The notes beneath the pieces were generated by a model that was not told the DNA's origin, did no database searches, and was given only the letters and a program-made list of their open reading frames with translations. Below are positions 34,366-50,450 of a stretch of DNA of 64,000 bases, piece after piece (within the stretch, counting starts at the first letter, position 1; each line of letters starts with the position of its first letter). The stretch comes from the human T2T-CHM13v2.0 reference genome, Homo sapiens. The DNA lies in assembly GCF_009914755.1 (NCBI RefSeq), contig NC_060926.1; one strand, 5' to 3'. The position numbers and the translations under genes were made by a program.

Positions 34366-35386
34366 TCTGGCACTCTTCACATGCCCTCTCCATGCCCATC
34401 TCCAGCAAAGGATAGCGGGCTTACCCTTGCTATCAAAGGTGCTTGGCTTAGACCAATCACCCAAAACTGATGTTTCAGAGATGCCTGCTGGAGGAGTGTA
34501 GGCAGATATTACTGATGTCAGAAAAACAGTTTGAGCGCCACTTCCTTCTCTGGCAGGAAGGAGTGATTGGCTGCTGGTCCTGCCCTGTCCGAGGAGGAGG
34601 ACGGAACCCACCCACCAAGCTGTGGAGAGGTGGACCCCACAAATCCCCTCGCAAGCCACGTCTGAGAGCGAGCAGAGGGAAGAAACTCAAGCGTTTGTAG
34701 TCCTCTTTCTTAACAACAAGGCTTAAAGCGCCATCTTGTGTCTTGAAGGCAGAAGGAGGTCAGGATGTGTGTGCTAGAAGCAGGCAGAGGATCTTCACCA
34801 ATGTCTCAAAAACTAGAGAAGGAAACATGGCGATCCTCAAGGCCCGCGGCGGCCCCAGCCCTTCCCGCACCCTGCGATAGTCTGGTGTTGGGAGGGTGGC
34901 CCACGTGTCCAAGCAACCACATCAGGGAGGTTCTGGGAGAGGAGAAGGCAAAGCTCCTGCCCTCATGAGGCAGGCAGTCCCATCCAGGACTGGACTGGAT
35001 GAGCACCAATAAATAAGAAAACACAGCTGGCAGCTGACTGTGAAGGGTCTGGACAGGGTGCCGAAGTGAAGCGTAATGAGCTGGATAGTGAGGACCTCAC
35101 TACAGAGGGACATCTATCTACACACAGCCTGAAGGGTGAGAAAGATGGATCCTTGCCCTGAGCCAGAAGTGCACACCCCAGAGAGAGCAGCTCCTGCGGA
35201 GGTCCTGTGGGGCAGGCATGGTAGGAATATTAAAGAGAAGAAGCCAGGTGTGGCTGCAGCCATGCAGGAGGAAGGGCGATGGGGTTGGGGAGGCAGAGGA
35301 TGGGATTGGCATGAGAAGATGGAGATGCAGAGCCCAGATCGTGATAGCCCCAATAGTCCACGGGTAGGAGTTTGTATTTTCTACTA

Positions 35387-35798
<412 letters not shown>

Positions 35799-36314
35799 TT
35801 ACTAACATTGCTAAAACCACCATCATGCCAGAATTACCCTTCCATTTGTGGGTTAAAACACTGCACCCATCTGTCCCTCCCCAGAGTCCTCTTAGTGGCT
35901 GCTCTTAGGAGGAACTAACATGGACTACATTCCCCCATCACACCCAGCACAAGTGCCCTCCCAGCCTCCCCCACCCAACTCAGTCCCATTCACACGTGGC
36001 ATGCCAGGGACTCTCCCATCAGGGGAACACCCTGTAACTCCCAAGTTCCTCCAAAGCCTCTTGAGAGGGACCATGGTGCCCTGCAGGGAGTGGGTCCTGG
36101 TGGGTCCAGTGGAGGGAACGTCCTTGCTGAAACTGGCTGGGTCTTAGCCGGGAAGTGGTGACAGGTATCTCTCACATACGCTACGGGAACCCAGCGCAGC
36201 CAATGGAGTCCAATCAGCACACCTTGCGCCCACCCCTTCGTTTGGTAACTTGAGGCCACTGCCCACCCACCAGGTACCATCTCTCAAGCGTGCCCTGAAG
36301 TTCAGGGAAAGACG

Positions 36315-36332
36315 CCAGCGCCCCCTGCTGGT
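36315..36332 (-). promoter_or_regulatory. Near-consensus CTCF motif
   Basis: The minus strand reads ACCAGCAGGGGGCGCTGG, matching the CTCF core CCASYAGRKGGCRS, within a small CpG cluster. Binding is not shown. Confidence 0.65.
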
Positions 36333-37129
36333 TGCGCTCTCCCATAGCAGGGCTCACATTTTGGGAGAAAGAAATCAGCTGTTAGCAGCTTTCGTTCTTC
36401 ACCATGTTAAGCAAAGCACAACATTTTATAACTGGGTGAAAAGCCAGATATTCTGTCAGCTGATTTGATTGTTCTGTACGCATATCCCTAAGCCATTGTT
36501 TGACGGATATTTTTACTGAGTTGACTTTCTTCATAAGATGATAGGACTAATGAAGAGAAAAGGCAATGGAGTTTTTAAAACCAGCGTGATGAACCAAATG
36601 CTGCCACTGACTAGCTATGTACATGAAATCCAAAGGTTCCCTCCGTTGAAACAAAATAACAGTGCTTACCTAACCAGGTCAGCTGTGAGCTGGGACTTCA
36701 CAGACAGGCATAGAGAGACATGGATGCAGGAAGGGCTTCCTTAGCTGAGAGGGTCGTGAAACTGGAAGGTAGTAGCAAGCATTTTCCAGTTGGATCTTTT
36801 GGCCGACATTTGTAGTGGGGAGACAAACATGTCTAATTTTCCCCCCACCCTGGCACATGGGCAGGTAGGAAGATGCTGGTGGGTTTGGTTCGACAGTTTG
36901 GAGAATGTCTTGTGGAAGGGGTGCTTTTTTTAATGCACACTCAGGCACCATGGGAGCCTGTTGTCACCCTGGATATCTAGCTCCATGCCCTTGCCCTTCC
37001 ACTCTGCCTCGACAAGAATCATGGCACCCAAAATACATGAGTTCAAATCTAAGTTTCACAGGCTCAGGGATGAACCCAAGCTACCAAATGCACAGGCCCC
37101 TCCTGTATACGGTTACAGCAGGTAAGGGA

Positions 37130-37495
37130 GTAACTTACTCAGTGCAAGCTGCTGTAACAAAATAGCACAAGCTGGGTGGCTAATCAACAACAGGCATTTA
37201 TTTCTCACAGGTCTGGAGGCTGGAAGCCCAAGATCAGGGTGCCAGTGCTGGCATGGTCGGGTTCTGGTGAGGGCCCTCTTCCAGGTCACAGACAGCTGTC
37301 TTCTCATTGCATCCTCACATGACAGAAAAGAAGTGCACAAGCTCTCTGGCCCCCTCTTACAGGCGCTAATCCCATTCACAAGGGTCCTACCGTCATGACC
37401 TCATTACCTCCCAAAGACCCCACCTCCAAATACCACCACATTGCCATTAAGCTTCAACATATGAATTTAAGGGGGAAACAAACATCCAGTCCATT
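37130..37495 (-). mobile_element. MaLR LTR (MST/MLT1A-like)
   Basis: gctgctgtaacaaaatagcacaagctgggtggc...acatatgaatttaagggggaaacaaacatccagtccattgca. Confidence 0.75.
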
Positions 37496-39542
37496 GCAGA
37501 TTGTCCTGATAATATGTGTGCCCAGGGCATTGCCCCCACAGCAAAGAGAGACATTGGAAGGCAAACCAATGTCAGGTTTCCTAATGTGCACGGAGTCATC
37601 CCTGGAAGAGTGAGTCCGGTGATCTTACCAGCTAATTGCATTGAGCTACCCCACCTTGGGGATCTACCTGCCAAGGAGAACAGAACACCACTGGCTTTGA
37701 CACCCATCTCTCAACAATGATGGAAGAATGCTGGAAATTTACCTGCTCTGGTAGCTCTGTCTAAGTTCATCTTCCTTGTATGGACTTTCTTTTTTTATTG
37801 CTCTCAAATACTTGTATTATTAAATATCTCATTTAAAATTTCTTTAAAATACATTAAAAGTACATTTAAAGAGTACATTTTAAGAGTGCAGATGAAAACA
37901 TAATGAATACATCTTTGCTTAAGAAAAAATATTTCGGACACAGCATGAACTCAGTTGCTGGTTCCAAGCCCCTCCCCTTCTCACTACACTGAACTTGGCA
38001 TGCATTCTTTCTTCAGGTGTGTTTGTAATCTTACTACATATGGACATATCCCCCAGCAATATCAGGGATTGTTTTGCTTGTTCCTAGACATCATATAAAT
38101 GGTATCATACCAATTATACCCCTACACTACTTAATGTTTCATTCAACATTGTTTTGGGGGACTATCCATGTTGATACATGAATTCTGTTGTGTTCATTTT
38201 TTCCTCTTGTGAAATAGTCCATCATGGAAATTGTCCCTAGTGTGTCTATCTGCACTCCTAATTGACAGGCATTTAGGCTGTTTTCCATTTTCCTAATTAC
38301 AAGTTATGCTGAGTGAACATTCCTGAACATAGGTGTGAGGCTGTCTCTGGAGCACATGCCAAGGAACAGAATTCTTAGGTCGTAAGGAATGTGTACCTCC
38401 AGCCTTAGTCAATATTGCCAATTGCTGTCCTATCTGATTTTATTCATTTACGCTCCCACTAGCAGTATATATGAGTCTTTCTTTCACTTCTTGCCAACTC
38501 TTGCCAATCTAATGAATGGGAAGTGGTAACTCATTATTATTTCAATTTGTATTCCCTGTATTAATCCCTGAGACCTTAACACTTGTGTATTGCACATTCT
38601 GGTTCCTCTTTGGCAAATTGCCTTGGCATTAAGATAGTAAATTTTCCTTGCCACCTACGCTGGTTGAGTCAGGATGCTTAATTACTTGGAGGTAAAAAGC
38701 ACCTAGCTGAAATAGCCATCCCTGAGGCTGCCTGTTGAGGATAGGAGATGCTTCATCCATCTTTAGATCCTTTCTTGGAAACGCTGAGCCTGGCCAGCCA
38801 TGCAGGCTTTTCCAAGCTCTGATGCTGCCCTGTGTCCACAATAGCATCCCCACAGCCTGGATCCATCATTCCCAGCATTATGATAGCTCCTTTGTCTCCT
38901 TGGAAGAGCCCAAAACCCACAGCTGAGGCCTCAGGGCTTTTCTAATGTGCTTAGAACAGGGGTAAAGGTAATGCCAACCAAAATGGGGAAACCTGTATTC
39001 TTGCTCAGTCACTGCTTAGTCAGCATAAATCACTCCAGAGGATAGTTTGTTACTGACCTCAAAGACTCAGTTACAAAGATGATCACCATAGCATTGTTTA
39101 CAGTAGCACCAAAAAAAAGGAACCACCTAAATATCTCTAAATGTCCAACATCACCGTTTGAAAAAATAAGGAATGGTACATCCTTCCATGGAATGTACCT
39201 TAAATCCACCCAAAATCATACTGCATATGGATATACAATGTCAAGGAAACTTAGGAGTCCTAGCTTGGGGTCCATGGACGTCCAAGGAGATGCTTATCAA
39301 AGGGAGTTGGCATCCCCTGAGATGCTCATGAAAGTGCAGACTTCCGGGCCCCCCTCCAGACTGAATCTGCACTTCCAGCTTGGAGGGCAGGAATCCTAAC
39401 AAGTTCCCCAGATGAGTCTCAGGCACACTAAAGCCAGAGCATCGATGCCTGGGACCCAAAATAGGGAAGAAGCACTCTGGTGTATCAAGAGGAAAAAAGC
39501 AAGTTACATACAAACGCAGTATACATAAAAACACCGCCTTCA

Positions 39543-40225
<683 letters not shown>

Positions 40226-42078
40226 GTGTGTGTGTACTAATAGCTACCTAGATAACAATACTTAACAGCAGTTACCTCTAGATTACCTCAGCACCATTGA
40301 CAATCAGCCCGAAGACTTTGTGGTGGGGCTGTCCTGTGTGTTGTAGGGTGTTAGCAGTATCCCTGGGTGCAGTAGTGTAACAATCAAAAATGTGTTTGGT
40401 AGCATAAAAGTACAACTATAGTTAACAACAATTTATTGTATATTTTAGAGTAACTAACATAGTGAAATTAGAATGTTCCTAACACACAAAAAAGATACAT
40501 ACCTGAGGGTATGAATATCTGTCACCCTGATTTGATTATTATTTATTATATGTTTATATCAAAATATCACATGTACCCTGTAAGTATGTATAAATGTTAT
40601 GTATAATTTAGATTTATTTTAATTTTAATAAAAAATAAATATTTAAAAATGTCTTCAGATATTGCTAAATGTCCCCTCAAGGAACAAGGTCCCCAGTTGG
40701 AGAACCGATTCTCTAGATGGGACATGTATAGATGATGCTTTCCTTTGTTTTTTAGTATATATGCCTATTTTTTAGTTTTTTCTAAAATAAGTGTACTTTA
40801 GTCATGTTAAAAAAAACTTTGTATTTATTACTGTCCCATTGCCTGCACTGTCTGAAAAAAATACACTCAAATGAAAAGATACATTAATACTTACAGTAAG
40901 AAAATTAATTTTATTATTATTTTAAAATAGCTGTGGAAAAACTATACAAAGGCCTCCCAAATGTCAATATTCCTTAGGCACCTTTGAAATATTTATAAAC
41001 TTAATCTTTGGACTAGGCATCCTAATTGTAATTCCATATCTTAAAGAAGCAATTCTAAATATAGGAAATGCTTCACAAATATGGTTGATTTTTGCAGAGT
41101 TACCTATAAAAGCAAAAAGTTATAAACACTGTAAAACCAACCATAGGAAACTGTGTTAATTAAGGTACATTCACTTGATAGACTATCATACAGCATTAAA
41201 ATGATATTTATAAAGAACTTATAACAATATGGGGGCAAGGTTTATGCCATATTGTTAAGTAGGAAAATAACTGAATACAAAATCAAATATGTTACATCAC
41301 CATTCAAAGGTATAATAATGACAATAAAAAGAATCTCATCAACATGGTCGGAAGAAATACACCAAGATATTAAAAGTAATTGTTAATTGAACAATGGCAT
41401 CGTAGGTGACTTTTTCTCTCTACTTTTCTGAAATATCCAAATTTTTTACAATAAACATGTATGTATTTACAGTGAAAGAGAGAACAGTGAAATTTCTTTT
41501 TAAAAATACTTGAAAATGATCACAAAAATGTGCCAACATTTCAGGTAAGAAATGTGTTTTTATATTGGTCTGTATACAAATTTCTATCCAGCTGATAAAA
41601 ATAACTTCAAGAAATTAAACCTATTCAGAAACAATAGTGATTGTGTCTAAATTCATAGGCTTTGAGAAGGATAAATTTTTAAAGTGTAAATTACTATGCA
41701 GGTGGTCAGGAAAAGGTTGTATGGAGTCACATGATAAATGACACAAAGAAAATGCTTTTTATGAAAAACAAACTGGATAGATTTTTTCCCAAGCCAGAAT
41801 CACATTCTTCTAAATCATTTAGAAGGCAATAAAATAATTTGGGCTTGATTAGCATTTAACTAACCAAGGACAGATTCCAGCCACCTTATGGATTTTGATC
41901 TAACTTGTTTACATTCATCAGAGGTGATGGGCAGTTCCAGCCCACAGGAAGCACAATCTTTGCAGACAAAAGGTGGCCCTTCTCATGTTTGTCAGGCAAT
42001 ATTTGTCCAACCTGGCCATTCCCAGTTGGCTCCAATGAACTCTTGTTAGCTCACTCCTCGGTCTCTTGTGGAACCAGA

Positions 42079-42249
42079 CTATATCTTACAATAGACCTCA
42101 AAGAGGGAGGCAGCTGCGTGCATTCCATAGAAAATAGAAAAAGGCATGGCCAGGTTGACCACAATTATCCAGGGTTCAAAGCCAAAGACAATCTCCTCCA
42201 ATCCGTTGTCATACTCAGGTCGACAGCCAAAAGCGGGAGGTATCCAAAG
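42079..42249 (-). pseudogene. OTOP1: OTOP1 copy, last coding exon (exon 6)
   Basis: ttctcttgcag|LWIPPAFGCRPEYDNGLEEIVFGFEPWIIVVNLAMPFSIFYGMHAAASLFEVYCKI* (171 nt including TAG). Confidence 0.95.
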
Positions 42250-42784
42250 CTGCAAGAGAAGAGAAAATGGCCTGTGGTGGGGAGCAGCTTCCAAGCCACC
42301 ATGGAGGCCCCACTCAAGTCCCAGGCCTCATGGGAGCTGACCCTGATGCACGGGGACTGAGTCACCCCTGACAGAACAATAAGGAGACCTCGTGGCATTT
42401 CCCATCTCCACAGAAACCACCAAATCCATGTCTGCCATGATCCTGCTCACTTCCTCACCCACCCTTCCCTGCAATCCATCCCTAATGAGCGCTCTTTGAA
42501 CCCATCCAACTCTCTCCATCTCTACAGCCCTCGCCCAGCCTCAGTTTCCTCATTTGAAAGATGGGAATTCTAACACGTGTCTGAGAGGGCTTAGATGAGA
42601 ATTAAGTTTGCAAAACTGAAAGCAGTGACTTTTGTTTGTGTTGCTCACGGAACCTACACACTGTTCCCTGCTTCTCAGGCTCTTCTCTGTCCCAGTTCTC
42701 TCCCTTTCTGCCACCCCTTGAGTTGTCAGGCTCCTCACTCCTGCTTCAGGCTGCACCCTTCTTCAGCTTCCTCCACTCCCTGGC

Positions 42785-43350
42785 TGTGGCAGGCAGCCTC
42801 TAGGATGACCCTCAATGATCCCCAGCTCCTGCAGTCACCCTCTTGTGGAGTCCCCACCCCTTTAGTGTGGGATGCACCTAACGACTCACTTCCAACTCAC
42901 AAAATATGGCAAAAGACACAGGAAGTCACTTCTGAAATTAGGTTGCAAAAGGACCTGTTATCCCTCTTGCTCATCTTCTCCTGAAAGACAGGTGGCAGAG
43001 CTGCCATGCTGCGAAGCACCCTACGCGGCAAGGGGCCCAGGGAGTACTCCTGTCAACAGCCAGCAAGGAACTCAGACCCTCAGCCCAACAAGCCACAGCT
43101 GAATCCTGCCAACAGTCACATGAGTAGATTTGGAAACAAATCCTCTGCCACCTCTCGGAAAGTCAAGCCTTGAAATGAATGCAGCCCCAGCCAACAGTTT
43201 CAGCCTGGGAATGGCCCTGTGCAGAGATACTCAGCTAAAACTGTAGTTGGATTCATAAGTCAGAGAAACTATGAAATCATAAATGTACATTGTTTTAAGT
43301 TGCTGAGTATTGGGGTGGTCTCTTCCATAGCAATACGTAACTGAGACACA
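42785..43350 (+). mobile_element. MLT1F/G-like MaLR LTR
   Basis: tgtggcaggcagcctctaggatgaccc...ttgttttaagttgctgagtattggggtgg...agcaatacgtaactgagaca. Confidence 0.72.
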
Positions 43351-43389
43351 TAGCCTTCATTTGTATCTCCATACAGAACACTCCCTGGT

Positions 43390-44025
<636 letters not shown>

Positions 44026-45279
44026 CTCTCTTCTGCTTTGCTTACTGGCTGCTGTGACTCTTAGGAGCTCTCCTACTTGTTCGGCGGGTCCCTCCCAGTC
44101 TCCTTTGCTGTTTCATCCTTTGCTCTGCCTCTTAATGTTAGCCAGCATCCAGGGCTCATTCCTGGGTCCCTTTCTATTCTCTCTACACATGAACCCTGGG
44201 GCTCTCTCCCAGTCCCTGGTTGTAAATACCAGCTATAGGCCTATGACTTCCCAGTCTCAATCTCCAGCCTGGACCACTTCCAAGAACCCCAGACTCATAG
44301 TTTCCGGTGGCAACTTGGGTGTCTAAAACACATCTCAAACTCAACCCACCTTCCCCATTTCTCCATCTGCTCAGCTACATCGTCCTCCCAGGTGGTCCAT
44401 CGAGGCTCCAGGTGTCAACCTTATCTCCCTCCTACTCTCATAACCATGCCCTCTCCCATCCAGTCCCTCAGCGCATCTCCACTGTGCACCTCCAAAGCAG
44501 TATCTTCAGCCCACCTGTGGCTCTCTCTCTCCACCTGTCCAGCCGGCCTCTCTCACCTGGACCATGGCGGTGGCCCCGTGCCTGGTCTCCCAGCTCGAAC
44601 TAGGGTTCCACTCGGCCACCAGATTTACATTATATGGAAATCAGATCCTGTCCCTACCTTGATTAAACCCCTAAAGTCTTCCCAAAATATTTAAAATAAA
44701 TTCTACACTCCCGCACTGAGTGATAAAGTGCTCTGTTAGCTGATTTCTAACCACCCACGCTTCTCCCCACTCACCCCACCCACATTGCAGGCAACCCTTC
44801 TTCCTGTTTCTCAAACCAGACCCGCTCACTCCCACTGGGGGTTTATACCAGCCGTTGTTCCCTCTGCCCTGAACATGCGTGGCCAACCCCTTCCTGTCTC
44901 ATGTCACCCTTCAGCGAGGCCTTCCCGCTAAGCTGGTCCATCTGATCTACAATGGCAGCCCAAGAGCTATTTCCCACACCCTCCTTTTCCACTTCTCTGC
45001 TTAACACGGGTACACTATAAGGTGTCTTTCTTGCTCAGTTGATGGTTTCACCTGCTGTTGCCTGGTTTGTAAGCCCCATAAGAGGAAGACCAGAGATCTT
45101 GGTCATTGCTGTACCCTCACCATTCATAGCAGTCCCTGTACCTCTGTAGGTACTTAAGGGACACCTTTTAAAAGAAGGGTGAGAGGAAGGGCAAGGGAGA
45201 CAGGGAGGAAAAGGGAGAAGAAAGGAAGGCAGGAAAATGGGACCTCTTTTCTGAAATCCACATCTTTATATGTGCTGTT

Positions 45280-46340
45280 TAGTTGGCTGGAAATTCTTGT
45301 TACTTATCCTATTGAGAAGTGGCCTATGACCTCTTTCTTTGAATCTAGATGGACTCTGTGACTACATGACTAATAAAATATGGCAGAAATGACACCATGC
45401 AGTTTCCAAGCCCAGGCCTTAGGAGACAGGCAGCTTCCAGTTCAGTCTTTTGGAGGGTCAGCTCTGGGGCCCTCAGCCATCACGCATGGAGTCCAACCAC
45501 CCTGAGACGTCATGCTGGAGACCCACCTGTGGATGCCCCAGTCAAGAGTCCTGGCTGAGCCCAGCCTCCCAGCCACCCCCACCCAAGGCATCAGACCACG
45601 AAGCTTCTGGCCAAGGCTTCACCAACTTCACTTGATGCTGTGAGGAACAGAACTGCCCATCCAAGCCCTGCCAGAATTTCTAACCCACAAAGCCATGAGT
45701 CACAATAAATGCCATGGGACAAAAACAGTCATGCATGTTGCTTTTGTCATACATTAGTGGTAGTTCATCGCACGGCAATAGAAAACCAAAATACCTGTCT
45801 ACTGGGTTCGTCCATTTGGATGCCACAGAGGCACCTGAAACAGAACACGTTCATTACTTAACTCTGGTTCTTCCTTCCACACTGACCTCCACCCACTGCT
45901 CCCAAGGTTGCCCCTCCTCCAGAGTCCTCCATCTCCAACATAGTATCACCATCTCCCCAGGAACTCAAGTGTGAAGGCAGGGGTCATGTTTGGCATCTGT
46001 CACCCTTTGCGAGTTGCAACCTGGAGACCCTGGAGGGTGTTATGATGAGTGAAATAACCTAATCACAAAAGGACTAATACTCCACAAATTCACTTATATG
46101 AGGAGTCTAGGAGTCAAATTCCTAGAGACTGAAAGAACGGTGGTTGTCAGGGGCTGGGGAGAATGGGGAGTTCATATTTAATGGGGACAGAGTTTCAGTT
46201 TTGCCAGATGAGAATAACCTGGAAATGGATGGTGTGATGTTTGCACAATGTGAACGTACTTTACTCCACTATACATTTGAAAGTGAGTGCAATGGAAAAG
46301 TTTATGTGATGAGTTTTTTACCACAATTAAAAATATAACA
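45280..46340 (+). mobile_element. MLT1-like LTR (~45280-45790) and L1M 3' end (~46010-46340)
   Basis: MLT1 motifs (cccagcctcccagccacc; aactgcccatccaagccctgcc) and L1 3' terminal text (gacagagtttcagttttgccagatga). Confidence 0.65.
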
Positions 46341-47181
46341 AAATAAGCATGAGTCAGATCCCGTCACTCTCAGTGTAGACCTTTCCATGGTTTTCTGTTG
46401 CATTTAAGATTGAGTCTTGGCTCGCAGGCCCTGTGTGGTCTCCCCTCTGCCCTCTGCTCTGTGCTCCCAGGTCATGTCCAGTGAGCCCTGCCTTGCCTTG
46501 CATCCGTCCCTTCCCCACACCTGCAGCTCTGCCCTGATAGTCTCTCATCCCAGCCCCATCCACACCCTTCCTTAGAAGAGGCCTTCCCTGACCCATCTCC
46601 CACAGCACCCTGCCCTTCCCCGTCACCACAACCACCCTCTGTTGTCTCCAGTGCCACGGCTCCTGGAAATTCAACTAACATTTCCATGTCCGTCTCTGGA
46701 GTGGAGCCCACTCCACCTGGACATGCACATCAGCACCTGCAGCTGGGGCCTCTGGACTGGCTCCCGATGCTGGAGAAGACAGCTCTTGCTCTCTGCCAGA
46801 TGCCTTTGGCACCACCTGGGGTCAACCACAAGGTTTCAAAGTGCCACCCCATGAGCCAGCACGGGTATCCTAAGACTCCACCCTGCGATGATTTCCATCC
46901 TCTGGTTCAACCCCCCAGAACCCAACCAGTGCCTGGGGGCATCATGGGCCAAGCACAGGGAGGAAGAGACGGAGCCCACCCTTCTCCTTGGACTGGGCCC
47001 TGGGTCTGGCTTTCGGGTCCTGACAGACCATGAATTGCCACTTGATTCTGGTATTTCAGACAGTGCTATCTTTCTTCAAGTGGGTCCAAAAATGCAAGCC
47101 AAGTATTTCACCCAGTGGTCAACCAAAAAGGCAACCAGGGAAAGACAACTTTTCAGAACTTAGTTTTAAAAAGAAATATTA

Positions 47182-47470
<289 letters not shown>

Positions 47471-49369
47471 TATGTATATTAATATTAATCACAGGATATG
47501 TACAAAAAGCATATACTTGAGGAAGATTCTAGAACTAGCTCTGACTTTATAAGAATTTGCATTTTGGAATATGCACCTCAAAAAAATGCAGCTTACAGTA
47601 TCTATCTCTCTTGTTAACTCTTTCAATTTTTGACTCACTGCTGTGCCCCTGACATAGTCCCTGGCATACAGCAGGTGCCTGGCAAATGTCTGTTAGATGG
47701 AGAAGAGGGTCTCCCTGCAGCCAAACTCTTCTGGGCCTTCCACCTTCAGAGCCCCTCCTCACTGCCTAGCAAACTGAAGGAACCTGGGTGATCCAAGGCT
47801 AGGGTGGATCAGGTTTGCTTGGCAGACACACAGCCATTCTGACTTTAGAAGGGACTTACTTTCCCAACTTTGTGTTCTTAGGGTGATATCAAAAGCTGCA
47901 GGCCCCATATGCACCATCTGAAATTCAGGGGAGGAAGCTCAAAAGCCTCTGAGCTGCTGGGGCAACAGGGAGCAGGCTTGATAACAGAGGCTAGTAGCAC
48001 AGAGCTGACTTCACCCAGAGTGATGGGCAGGCACCTCTGTGGACTGGGGCACTCCCCTCCAGCCACCAGTCACCATCACTGCAGAGACTCATGCGGTGGC
48101 AAAGGCTGCTTCCCCCTCCTTCTTACTGACCCCCACCATCCTTCCTTTATGTGTCTTTAAAAAAATCCCAACAGCACACAATGCTTCTTATTCCTTTTTC
48201 TTCTCTCCATCCCTCCATCACTGCCCTAGTTCAAGCTCCTCCCCTTCCTGCCTGGGCTGTTGCAGGGCTTTCTCTCCCAGTCTTTCTGCTTCTGGCCCTA
48301 TCTGTCTCCATCCTTGCTACACACAGCTACTGGGAGGATCATTCCAAAACACAAATCTGAGAGAGTCTTCCCTTGCCCTCAGCATAAAGACTAGACTCCA
48401 GCCAGGCCTAGGAAGCCCTGCTCAAGCCAGAGTCCACCTACCTGGGCCCTCTCTCCTATTTCCCATTCTGCTACTCTGCTTAACACACATGGAATTTATG
48501 CCAAACTACTTGGTGCTCTCAAAACATGCCATGGTGTCTTTTGCCTCTGTGTCTTCACATATTGTGTGTCTCTGCCTGAAATGCTTTTCCCCGCCTTGAT
48601 AACCTGGTGAACTTCCAGTCATTCCTTGCTGATGCAGACAGATGGGTGAGTGACTGTACACCTTCCTCTCCCTTGCTACCTTCCATCAGAGAGGCTGGGA
48701 AGCAAACCGTCCACTTCCCCAGCCTCCCTTGCAGTGAGGGGTGCCCACATGAGAGACATTGTCTGGCACCAGCCCTTCCCCACTGCTTTCTGTCTTGAAC
48801 CCAGATGTGATGCCTGGTGCAGCTGCAGCCATCTCATGACCATGTCGCAACAAACACCACACGACCCAAGTGACAAGATGAACAGTGCCTGGATGCCTGA
48901 TGACACGGTTCAGCTGCCAGGCCAACCCCAAGCAGCCAACCTCTGGAATTCTCAGGAGATAATTAAACATTGATAAGACTGAAGACACTGTGAATCAAAT
49001 TGCCTGTCACTTGCAACTAAAAGCACTCCTGATTGACACTGGGCCTCACCTCAAGCACTCACTACTCACTGAAGTCCTTCTGGATCCCTGCTCCTAGTAC
49101 ACCTTGCACAAGCCCATCTCAGCACTTGTCCTGTTCACTATATTAGATTTGCTCATTTTCTCCCTCCCCCATTATACTGAGACCTTTTAGAGGAAAGAGA
49201 CTGAGTCTTTCCACTTTAATCTTTAGTACCTAGCCCAGCCCCTAGCACACAGCAAGTCTTCAGTAGGTAGATTTGTAGAATATAGGTCTATTTTCCAGCC
49301 TTATATTGTAATTTTATACTTACAGTATTTTTATTACAAGCTGCCTCCATTCCTTATTTTAAAAAGGCA

Positions 49370-50420
<1,051 letters not shown>

Positions 50421-50450
50421 AAAGAATAAGAATAACTTGGTGCAGATTAC

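Noticed and set aside
40287-40303. REST/NRSF-like tcagcaccattgacaa
   Set aside because: It is an imperfect match lying within a MER20-like remnant, with no other support.
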